Part shown: piece after piece, positions 52,004 to 61,238 of the stretch
How the letters are laid out: each line of letters begins with the position of its first letter
Numbering within the stretch: position 1 is the stretch's first letter
NCBI GenBank assembly: GCA_937625935.1
Contig: OW569352.1
Coordinates: 124,001-188,000, forward strand
Direction: 5' to 3'
Length of the DNA stretch: 64,000 nt
Source: Tetramitus jugosus
Taxonomy: Eukaryota; Protista; Heterolobosea
Program-made: the position numbers and the translations under genes
The notes under the pieces: model-generated
What the model was told of the DNA's origin: nothing
The model's input: only the letters and a program-made list of their open reading frames with translations
The model's database searches: none

Positions 52004-55000
52004 TTATGGCAGGCCAAACACAATGAGAGCTTGATTATCACGATTTTGAAACAATCTCTCTGCTATGATACCACCTGGTTGGTCTACTGTATCTTGTGCA
52101 TTGGGGGTTGAAGGTTTGGATGAGTCTGCCTTCTTTTTGGAGGATGTCGTTCGTTTTGTAGCTTGGTTGTCTGCTGTTTCAGCTCTGATTATCTCGTACA
52201 TGTATTCTTTTTGTGTTGAGCCATCAACAACGATAGTTTGTGTTCCTAGGAGGGAGAAGATCTTGGCAATTTGAATGTTTTGTAAGAGGGTTGTTTCTTG
52301 ATCTTGGACAATAACTAGTTCTAACTTCTGGGAGTTTAAGTTCATCAAATCGCTTAATCTTGGAAATAGATTGGGAACTAGTTGGTCATATTGAACTAGA
52401 AGCACGCATCTCTCTTTTTCTTCTTGAACCTGGTTCATTAGTTGTCGTACGGCGAATATGTTGTTTGAAGAAACAGTGGGAAGTATGATACCTTTCCATT
52501 GCTTCGAGAGGGTGACACGGTCATTCATTAGAGATTGAAGCTGAATTGTTCCAGACAAACTATCCACCAGATAGAAGAGTTTGGAAAAGTTTGGCTTTGG
52601 TAGCTGTAAATCAGGTTCCTCTTGAATGGGGATCTTCTCCTTCATTGTGATTTTCGTTGTCTGCTTTCTAGTCAAGGTACTGTTCCCCTCTTGGTATTTT
52701 TTCATGCGTTGAGTGTACATGAGGTAAGAGAAGTCTCTTGTGATGCACTTAATATTGTCCAACTTTTTCAGTACTACATGCTCCAATGGAAGTTGATGAA
52801 TAATGGATGAATGGGAAATGATCACCATCTTTCTTATTGAGGATTGAGTGAACGTGTCTTTGAATGACCGAAGCATTTCATCCAGAAGGCGGCTAGCGAT
52901 CAGTTCAGAATCGTCATTTCTCTCAATCACACAATCAAGGGTTCGCAAGGAGTCCATTCCTAATGATTGAACTTCTGGTTGGCTGTTCTTTTTCAAGATT
53001 CCTATGAACCATTTGGTTTCTACACTCCCTTTTCGAATTGGCAGTCCCTTGTTCCCATTGCGAGAATCGAATTGAGGCGATACAATGATCGTAGCTATAG
53101 TGTCAGAATTCACAAGTTCCATATTTGTCTCAGAGAATACTGATTCACAGTTGATAATAGATTGTTCAAGAGAAAACAAAACAGGCCATAACGAAGGAAC
53201 TTTGTAATACAACTCTTCCACTTTTCTCCACTGAAACCTTTGAGAGTACACTTGCATGGATTCATACCAACACCTGAAAGTTTGATCATCAGTAAGGTAA
53301 GAAATACTGTCATAGTATTGGTCTAACACATTCATTGTACTTTGATAGAGAAGTAAATAATGCAGTGCAAGGGTATTATCACCAGAGAAGGTAGAGTAGT
53401 ATTCTAACAGTTCAAGTGATGCCAGAGCGATGAGTTTTAGAGCTTTGGGAGCATCAAGTCCCTTCGATAAAATTTCTTTCGAGTTCGAGATACTCTTCTT
53501 GAGAAGAAAGACCAGCTTACTCTCTGTTTCAGGTAGATCATTACTAAGGAGTACTCTGTTTCTCTCTGATAGTGATAGTTTTGATCGATATTCTGTAAAG
53601 AGACATTTTCCCATCAAGTATTCACTTTCCGCCCTCGTGATTGGACAACTAGAAACATTGAGAGCACTAGAGACTAAAAGAAAAGAAGCTTCTATTCTTC
53701 TCTTGACAAATACGACCAATTGATCCTGTTTCTCGTGAGAATCTTCCATATCGAGCAGATAGTGAACAACTAGGTTGACATCATTACCTTTGATCGGATT
53801 AACTGGAATAGAATCTCTTATAGAGATCATCTGATCATTGAGAGATGGAATTGGTAAATTGTTGAGCTCGTTTTCCTGAAGGAGAAGTTCGATCTGACCG
53901 AACATGTTCAGGAAAGAGGCATAGTATCGCATGATACTTAACTTTGCTCGGAAAATTGGATTGTAATCTGAGGGGACTGTCTCTTGAATGAACAATTCGT
54001 ACAATTTTTTGGTTTTAGAGCACAATTGATATACATCCGTAACCTCTTCCCAAAAACTGGTCTTTGAAGGATTGAAAAGAAAGATCGAAACTTCGATAAG
54101 ACGATTCAACATTGATAGACAAAGGATACCACCCTCTTCAATCTCGTTCAAAACAATTCTTGCTTGTTTAAGTAGGTCTAATCCCTGTTCAAAAGGATTA
54201 CTCTTCCATCTAATTATGATATCGGCGACTGAGGCAAGGAAAAAACCCTTCTCTCGTAAGCTATCGTTTGGGACAGTAGAATTTCTTGAGGCGATGTTGT
54301 CTATGTTTTGGATAGCATCGCCAATAATTGGCCCATATGACGAATCCTCTAATGTTCGAATCAAACACAGCATTATGTTACTATACATACTAAGTGCGAT
54401 ACCCGATTTGTTTTGGGAGACATGACGAATACTCACATGTACCATTTTCTCTGCAGAGGAAGTGTCCCCTGCTCTTAAGAACAGTTCTCCTGAAAGCCAA
54501 TACAACTCTGGAAGAACTGAGTTGTATTGACGTTCTTCCGCGTCTGCAATGGTTTGTTCGAGCAGTACCCGAGCTGAGGAGTATTGAGAACCACAAGTTA
54601 CACTTGGTATGCCATTGACTAATTGCTTAATGATGTCCATTGTCACTGCCAACTTATCGTCAGAGATGTTGTTGAGTCCTCCCACTTGAACGAGTTCTTC
54701 ATGTGTCACACTATAGCCCCTCTCAGGTTGGTATCCGATAACATGGTACAAGTCTGAAAGAGTCAAGTCTACCAAAATTTTCATGTCTTGATTATTAATC
54801 ACATCTTCCACCAGAACTCGCATAAGACATAAGATAGGGAGAGTATGAAGATAAAACCCTTCTGAATAAAAGCTCTTATAGAGCAGATAAAGCTCAAAAA
54901 ACCAGTGGCGAGGATCGAGGAGAGAAGTACAAATAGTTAAGCTTCCTACCAGCTTGTTTGCCTTCTCTTTAGGACAACTATCGAGAAAAAGCTGAAGAAT

Positions 55001-56527
55001 TTCCTCAAAATCATTGTTTGGACTCGACTGACAAGGGTCGAAACACAGTTCCCAAGATCCAATACACCACATAGATCGAACTTCTTTCGGTATTTCATAA
55101 CCCACCCATTCAGAAAGACTAGAGGGAAACGAAACCTCACCGAGATTACCTTGCAGAACTTTGAGAATATTGAAGGATAGTGCCATAACTCGGAGAACAT
55201 AAAAATGGGCACTGAGGAGATAGTCAATCTTCGATCTATACCTTGGTGTCCACGAAGCCAATAATCGATAAGTTGAAACCATCTGAAGTAGTTGACGAAT
55301 ACACACAAATTTAGGTTCTTGGATGGGAGTAGACCGGTTGCTAGAGTTGATAGTGTTCTTCGACAATTTGAAAACTTCCCAACTGTGTTTCGACTCCAAT
55401 TCATAATTGTTAATTACATCTATAGCTTCTAATAGAGTAGAGCACGCTTCCTCTCTGAAGGAGCTCTTTTGGTACACCCATTTTCCATACTCTAGTATGT
55501 AGTCGACTTGCGTGACTGGATCGTCCTTCAAGGTAGAAATTGCATCTCTGAAGAAAGATTTTCCCTCTTCCATATTTGTGGTTTCTTTGGCTATCATAGA
55601 AAGAATTTTAGCTTGAAATGTTCTGTCGTATCCTCTTATCCTACTAATAAACTCCTTGACAGGTTTTCCAAGTTTTGAACGGAATAGTAGGTCGTGCTGC
55701 CAGATATACTTGTGGTGAGATATTGGAAGTTGTTTAATCGCTTGGGATGTAAGACTCATTCCTTCCTCATACTCTCCGAAATATTCATACAAGTAGAAGG
55801 TAATTCGATAGAGACTTTCGAGAATGTTGTTGGAAGAATTACTTCTCATTTGGCTGGCTTCATCAGCAGCCTTGCTTGTGGTGAAGCCAGTTGCAACTCT
55901 CGAGGAATAGAACAATAATTGAGAGATTAGGTTTTTCTGAAACTCTAGCGTTATCTTGGTAGAGTAACTTCCAAACACAATCGGTTGTACAATTGTTAGA
56001 TATTGGTCACTAATCATGATTGAAATGTCTTTGCTCGTAGGAGAAAGGCTCACTAACTTCATTGCAGCGACGAGTTTGTTCAAAGCGGAAGTATCAATCT
56101 TCAAGATGGTTTGTGGGTCGCTTTCATCCTTCTTGTGAGATAATATCGCTCGAGCACAATAATAGTTCGCAAGAGCATGCCATTTCCAATGTTGAGCATA
56201 TTCTGGTTGGTTAATATCAAAATCTTTAGGTATCTTCTCAGAGCTTGAAACAATCATCGGAGGAAGATAGCTCTCAGATAGATTAGTTAGTTCGAAAACA
56301 ACATTAATCTCTTTTAGCGACAGTGCTTGTTCAGCCAGTACAGCAATTACTTCAATTATCCGAACATTTGATTGTCGAAGACAAATCAGAGCTTCCCCTA
56401 ATATTCTTTTCTTCTCAATCTCAGTTAAAGTTGAGCTGGACAAAACTTTGATATGATTCGTTAATTGTTCAACAGGGTCTTTGATTTCAATGTTCGCTAC
56501 GGTTTTCTTTCCCTTTGTTTTGTTCAT
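52004..56527 (-). CDS. CFAP46: CFAP46/TTC40-like central-pair axonemal protein (shortened, divergent)
   Basis: Blocks recalled from CFAP46: VDYILEYGKWVY, IRQLLQMVSTYRLLA, FPSSLSEWVGYEIP, LHTLPILCL, C-terminal LPLEHV...ITRDFSY. Confidence 0.75.
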   Translation of the reverse strand: MNKTKGKKTVANIEIKDPVEQLTNHIKVLSSSTLTEIEKKRILGEALICLRQSNVRIIEVIAVLAEQALSLKEINVVFELTNLSESYLPPMIVSSSEKIPKDFDINQPEYAQHWKWHALANYYCARAILSHKKDESDPQTILKIDTSALNKLVAAMKLVSLSPTSKDISIMISDQYLTIVQPIVFGSYSTKITLEFQKNLISQLLFYSSRVATGFTTSKAADEASQMRSNSSNNILESLYRITFYLYEYFGEYEEGMSLTSQAIKQLPISHHKYIWQHDLLFRSKLGKPVKEFISRIRGYDRTFQAKILSMIAKETTNMEEGKSFFRDAISTLKDDPVTQVDYILEYGKWVYQKSSFREEACSTLLEAIDVINNYELESKHSWEVFKLSKNTINSSNRSTPIQEPKFVCIRQLLQMVSTYRLLASWTPRYRSKIDYLLSAHFYVLRVMALSFNILKVLQGNLGEVSFPSSLSEWVGYEIPKEVRSMWCIGSWELCFDPCQSSPNNDFEEILQLFLDSCPKEKANKLVGSLTICTSLLDPRHWFFELYLLYKSFYSEGFYLHTLPILCLMRVLVEDVINNQDMKILVDLTLSDLYHVIGYQPERGYSVTHEELVQVGGLNNISDDKLAVTMDIIKQLVNGIPSVTCGSQYSSARVLLEQTIADAEERQYNSVLPELYWLSGELFLRAGDTSSAEKMVHVSIRHVSQNKSGIALSMYSNIMLCLIRTLEDSSYGPIIGDAIQNIDNIASRNSTVPNDSLREKGFFLASVADIIIRWKSNPFEQGLDLLKQARIVLNEIEEGGILCLSMLNRLIEVSIFLFNPSKTSFWEEVTDVYQLCSKTKKLYELFIQETVPSDYNPIFRAKLSIMRYYASFLNMFGQIELLLQENELNNLPIPSLNDQMISIRDSIPVNPIKGNDVNLVVHYLLDMEDSHEKQDQLVVFVKRRIEASFLLVSSALNVSSCPITRAESEYLMGKCLFTEYRSKLSLSERNRVLLSNDLPETESKLVFLLKKSISNSKEILSKGLDAPKALKLIALASLELLEYYSTFSGDNTLALHYLLLYQSTMNVLDQYYDSISYLTDDQTFRCWYESMQVYSQRFQWRKVEELYYKVPSLWPVLFSLEQSIINCESVFSETNMELVNSDTIATIIVSPQFDSRNGNKGLPIRKGSVETKWFIGILKKNSQPEVQSLGMDSLRTLDCVIERNDDSELIASRLLDEMLRSFKDTFTQSSIRKMVIISHSSIIHQLPLEHVVLKKLDNIKCITRDFSYLMYTQRMKKYQEGNSTLTRKQTTKITMKEKIPIQEEPDLQLPKPNFSKLFYLVDSLSGTIQLQSLMNDRVTLSKQWKGIILPTVSSNNIFAVRQLMNQVQEEKERCVLLVQYDQLVPNLFPRLSDLMNLNSQKLELVIVQDQETTLLQNIQIAKIFSLLGTQTIVVDGSTQKEYMYEIIRAETADNQATKRTTSSKKKADSSKPSTPNAQDTVDQPGGIIAERLFQNRDNQALIVFGLP

Positions 56528-56554
56528 GTTGCTTTTCTTTTATTCGGTCAATGT

Positions 56555-58219
56555 TTAGTCTTCAATTGATTGGTCAGAATGGGAAATGTTTGTTGATTCA
56601 GAAATGAGAGATGGTGAAGTGTTTTCTCGAGGTACACGTTGAGATTGATGAGATTGATTTGATTGGTTTCTCTTCCTTCCAATATTAATAATATTCTCGG
56701 CTTCTTCAGGATAGGCCTCGAGAATGTCGTCAAAATCTTTCTTTTCCAGAATGAACAAGTCACAAAATGTTTGAGCTACAATGTTGGCTGTTCGGATACC
56801 ACCTGAAATAAGGGCCATCTCTCCAAAGAAATCTCCTTCCCCGAGAGTGGCAACACAGAAGCCACTCTCCAGTTTAACCTTCACTTGGCCTTTGCTGATG
56901 AAGAACATTTCTCGACCAGGTTCTCCAATTCTAATGATGTAAGAACCAGGTAGAGATACTCTTGGTTTCAAGTTCATCACAACTTCACTCACAAAGTTGG
57001 GAGATGCCCCAGCAAAGAGCGGGACCTTAGAAATAATTTCACGATTCAAATGCATGGACACATCCACTCGCAAGAAATCTGGAAAATCTTCAAGAATTTG
57101 TGTCTCATCCAAGCCTTTCCTTGTTTTCCATAAGTAGGAGTAGTAATGGGTGACCTTTTGCTTCAGATCTGCTGACATATTTCTGTAGGTCATATAATCA
57201 TTTATAGAGTCCATTCTAGCTCTAAATTCTGAGGCAGTAACATCGAGATTTGTAACTAAACCACCAACAGTACCGATAATCGAAACGAAAAGGAAGAAAC
57301 CAACAAATGAAACTAAAAGCTGATAGGCTACTTCTAGGTCTGTAATCGGTAAAGCACCACCATATCCAGCCATTACTACTGAAACAAAATATAGACCCGT
57401 ACCGTACTTTAAGAACCAACTGCCCTCAAAAATTAAGGTACTACCAGCCCATTCCCTCGAATGGGGATATTCACATCGAACAACCAGATACCAGGTACAT
57501 GCCAGTAGATGGGATGTTATAATAATTAAATACAAGAACTGAAAAAGCCTTCTGGTGTTTGACCTAATTCTTTTCTTTGTCTGCTGAAATCTCTTCATTT
57601 CTGAGAACGAGTTATAAATCATCAATACTCGATTTAGTCGAAAAATGGCACTGTAACCAACAATAAAACTTATCCACTCCAGCGGAAGTCTTCCCAAAAG
57701 GTCAATAATCATTCTTCTCTTCATGTATGCGACTGCAGTTAGTTTAGGATCTGTGATAAAGCTTACTGTTTGTTTGTCTTGGTAAGGCATAAGGAAGCGG
57801 AGTCCAAAGTCAATGTACAATATCATATCTGTAATCTGATCTGGTATTAGCCAATATAGCGGGTCGGTGAACCAATGATAAAAGCATACCCGCCACCAAA
57901 CGGTGAGGGCGTTGTAAAAGAAGATCGAGTACACCAATAAGAACCAGAGAGAACCTAGAGTTGTTCGATCGTCACTCAACGATACAAGAATGAGCTTGGA
58001 CAACCGAATGACATGACCCACGACCTTGTTTAACAAACTAGGAGGTACAGAAACCACCTTTGAGTCGTCTGTTTTCTCTTCGTCTGACGAGGGAGGATTT
58101 GGGTCAGAGGAAGGAGCTTGTGGTGGTGTGGGTAGAGATGGAGGACCAGAATGAACAGTGGAAGTAGGAGTACCAACCTTTGCGTTGTTGGATGAACCAG
58201 TACTCTGAATATTACTCAT
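56555..58219 (-). CDS. Cyclic-nucleotide-binding-domain cation channel (CNG/HCN/KCNH superfamily)
   Basis: TM segments, S4 FRLNRVL, HLLACTWY, pore MAGYGG, C-linker, CNBD FFGEMALISGGIRTANIVAQTFCDLF; ATG 58219. Confidence 0.92.
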   Translation of the reverse strand: MSNIQSTGSSNNAKVGTPTSTVHSGPPSLPTPPQAPSSDPNPPSSDEEKTDDSKVVSVPPSLLNKVVGHVIRLSKLILVSLSDDRTTLGSLWFLLVYSIFFYNALTVWWRVCFYHWFTDPLYWLIPDQITDMILYIDFGLRFLMPYQDKQTVSFITDPKLTAVAYMKRRMIIDLLGRLPLEWISFIVGYSAIFRLNRVLMIYNSFSEMKRFQQTKKRIRSNTRRLFQFLYLIIITSHLLACTWYLVVRCEYPHSREWAGSTLIFEGSWFLKYGTGLYFVSVVMAGYGGALPITDLEVAYQLLVSFVGFFLFVSIIGTVGGLVTNLDVTASEFRARMDSINDYMTYRNMSADLKQKVTHYYSYLWKTRKGLDETQILEDFPDFLRVDVSMHLNREIISKVPLFAGASPNFVSEVVMNLKPRVSLPGSYIIRIGEPGREMFFISKGQVKVKLESGFCVATLGEGDFFGEMALISGGIRTANIVAQTFCDLFILEKKDFDDILEAYPEEAENIINIGRKRNQSNQSHQSQRVPRENTSPSLISESTNISHSDQSIED

Positions 58220-58313
58220 CTCTATGACTTCTGAACAATTCAAGTTGTTGTTCGTTCAATTGAGCGCTGTAGATGGATGGTCGGCGCGTGATTCAGCACA
58301 AGAAATGGTGAAT

Positions 58314-59909
58314 TTATTCTTGAAGCCACTCTGACAACTTTGCAAGAATTTGAGCTCTTGTGTTGGTCAAGGAAGGCAAATCTCCAGGTCTTGGTGCGTA
58401 CAAATCAGCACAATGAGCAGTTCCTTGCATGAAATAGGTGTGCATTTGAGGGTATTTTGGCTCTTTGATGATAGCCAATGCATGCCATGGATCAATTGAA
58501 CCATCAGGCAAGACAATCTTGCTGGTGTACAAGTTTCTTTCTCCATAGTAAGCATTTGTAAAGTCAATGTTTGGTCTCATGTTTGGAATACCAAAGATTT
58601 GAGCGCATTGCTTGACGAACCAGTCAATGGTAATCTTTTCACTGAAAGGTTGATTTCTTCCCTCAGCACTTTGATAGTATCCAAACTCAGTACATGTCTG
58701 ATAGGTCCATGCTCTGCCTGCAGAATTTGGATTCTGTGCGTTTGGTCTAACATCCTTCAAGCTGCTAAGGTAGTCATTGTAGTTGCTTTGAGTGCAGCTT
58801 TGTCCGAAAAGAGCATTCCAATATCTGACAAAAGAAGCCAAACCAAGAACTGGATCGTTTTCACGCTCAATAATGGAGCACATGTAAGTAATATTCATGG
58901 CTGTTCCCATTCCATTGTTATCAAGGTTGTATTGAACAGTCTCACAGATTCCCTCAGTTAATGTACTCAAGAATGTAACAACATCATCATCAGTGTTCAT
59001 TGGTTGACAGATACCGAAAAGGGACTCCAATTGGGCACGTCCTTGAGAAGATCCCAACATTTTCTCAACTGCATCAGTGGCTTGTCTCACTCTGTTGTTA
59101 CAGGAGGAGCCCAAAGAATTGGCAACAACTTCCATGTACTATCATTACCACAGATCAACAACAAGTTAATCATCAATTCACAAAGTGTAATCTACCAAAA
59201 AACTAAAAACAAAATCAATCAAATTGCAAAGCAAGGTACATACCTCTGGGAAGTTCTCAACAGCCAACACTGGAGCAGAGGTAGCAAGAGAGATATCAAA
59301 CAAATGTGGGTACTTCGCTCTTGCCCAAGCAGCAAGATTTCCAGAATAGGAACCACCAACAACAATAAATTTTGTTCCAGCTGGCAAAGAATACTTTTGA
59401 ACCAAGTACTCTCTAAAGACAGCAGCATCGGCCAATGCTTGTTGACTGGACAAATATCTCAAGTTCTCAGTGCTCAAATCAGGCTTTGGCAAACTCTTTC
59501 CATAGAATCTGTGCTCCAATGAAACAATCATTGCATTGAACATGCTAGAGTAAGTGTTGACAATAAAGCGACCACCGACAGTAGATGCAGAATTTGGTCC
59601 TTCACCACCCAAGACAAAGAACACTGGGCCACCTTGCTTGTACATGGTAGTGTTGACAAAATACAGTTGTTGCCATGTGTCAGTGTTTTGAGCATCGAAA
59701 TGATCCAACTTTTGAGTGAACCACTGTTCTGGTGCGTCATTCTGACTAGCAGCAAACACATTCTTTCCAAACTTGTGTCTCAATCCAGTGTTCAATGAGC
59801 CTTGATAGTTATTATTTTTGAGGATGATGCCTGCTTGAGCTTCGTGCAACAAGAACACGGAAGCAAAAAGTGCAATCAATAGCAATGAAACACCCAAGAA
59901 TCGATTCAT
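58314..59909 (-). CDS. PRSS16: Secreted serine peptidase family S28 (PRSS16/thymus-specific serine protease-like), 2 exons
   Basis: Signal peptide, QKLDHF, GGEG, LEHRFYGKS, GGSYSG, intron 59139-59243 (NFPE|YMEVV), WTYQTCTEFGYYQ, GSIDPWH, GTAHCADL. Confidence 0.92.
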
Positions 59910-60176
59910 GATGTGAGTTTTCGGTTTTTTTTTGTTGTTGCGTGTTGTTTGTTGTTTGTTGTGTGGACGTTGCCATGTGTGTTAAGAGAATCTCCGCATC
60001 ATGCTCCGGAGTTCTCCCTGTGAGAGAAAACGGAGAAGTGATCCATGACTCCGTTTTAAAAATGGTAACTTCGAAGGTAGTCAATAATATGAGCATTTTG
60101 CAGAGCGACGCAATTGCAAGAGACTTGCAATGATAACACCGCCACCATTCTCAACAATACTACTACTAATCTTTCA

Positions 60177-60420
60177 TTACCTCAATAGTGTGTTGATCGA
60201 TTTGAGTGTGGGTTGATCCATGAGATCTAACACTTCTCTCGCTCGATCGATTCGATTGCATCGAATGTAGGCATTCACGAGACAAGTAATCGCTGCATTG
60301 TCCATCTCAACAATCTTGATGATTCAGAGATGCCGACCAAGTATTCCATTGAGCCCGATGTTTTGGCCATATTTGGTCTCATTGATCATGACAGCAAAAA
60401 GAGTTTACAATCGTGTAGTG
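60177..60420 (-). pseudogene. Degenerate plant-like PPR fragment
   Basis: 60305..60177 translates MDNAAITCLVNAYIRCNRIDRAREVLDLMDQPTLKSINTLLR*; the same frame upstream contains TGA and TAA stops. Confidence 0.6.
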
Positions 60421-60845
60421 TCTTCCAACAGTATCCATGAAACCAATAATAATTTACGAATAAAGTGAGTGTTTGTCATCGAGTATCATGATCGATATCA
60501 GAATCAGAGGTCACAACCAAAAATTCCAGTGAAGAAATCACAAGACCGTAACCGAGTAACAAAATTAGGCATATTTTGGCTGCAAACTCAGAAATCAGAG
60601 TTGTGAACAGTTGATCCAAAGTTGCCAGTATCTTTCAACAACTCAGAGTTGACCGCTGTGGTCGCAGATTGGATCCCTTCAGGGTTGGACAGAAGAGTTT
60701 CAGGTCAAGATCTGTAACCAAAATATACAAAGTTGGTTGAAGCTCTATTTTGGTTAAAGAGATGTTATGAACGTGGACTTTCAAATTTCCATCTCATAAA
60801 ACAAGAGAATACAATCAACCGAGTCGACTTAATTCACGGAGAAAG

Positions 60846-61109
60846 ATGAAAAATAACAATAATAACAAAGATCTATCAAAGAACATGTCTGCAAATCTCT
60901 ATCAATCTCCAAAGGTTGATCCTCACAAGCAAGAGATTGCAGAGAAAGAGTTCCCAGCATCTCCAGAGGAAATTGAGAGCAACATCGAGCAAGCAGAGTT
61001 CGAAAGCAAGAACATCAAGGTTGAACAACAAAAGGTTCACATGAGAGGAGATCGCTCTCTACCAATCAACCACAGCATCGAAGAACCTCCTTTCGAAGAG
61101 AATGTCTAG
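60846..61109 (+). CDS. Small hydrophilic acidic protein
   Basis: 87-aa ATG ORF rich in E/Q/K/P, no Cys/Trp; AATAAA immediately after the stop. Confidence 0.6.
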   Translation: MKNNNNNKDLSKNMSANLYQSPKVDPHKQEIAEKEFPASPEEIESNIEQAEFESKNIKVEQQKVHMRGDRSLPINHSIEEPPFEENV

Positions 61110-61238
61110 ATCAAATAAACCATCCAAACCCATTCTTATTTCTCCCCAATTCCCAAAAAAAATCTGAAAAAACTCCTCCCACAAAGCTCAAAAAATTTTC
61201 TGAGGCAAACAATCACAACAACTACCATACAAAAAAGC

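Noticed and set aside
56528-56557. Stop-codon readthrough fusing the CNG channel to CFAP46 (the spacer is in frame, 9 codons)
   Set aside because: The spacer contains a second in-frame TAA (aca ttg acc gaa TAA).
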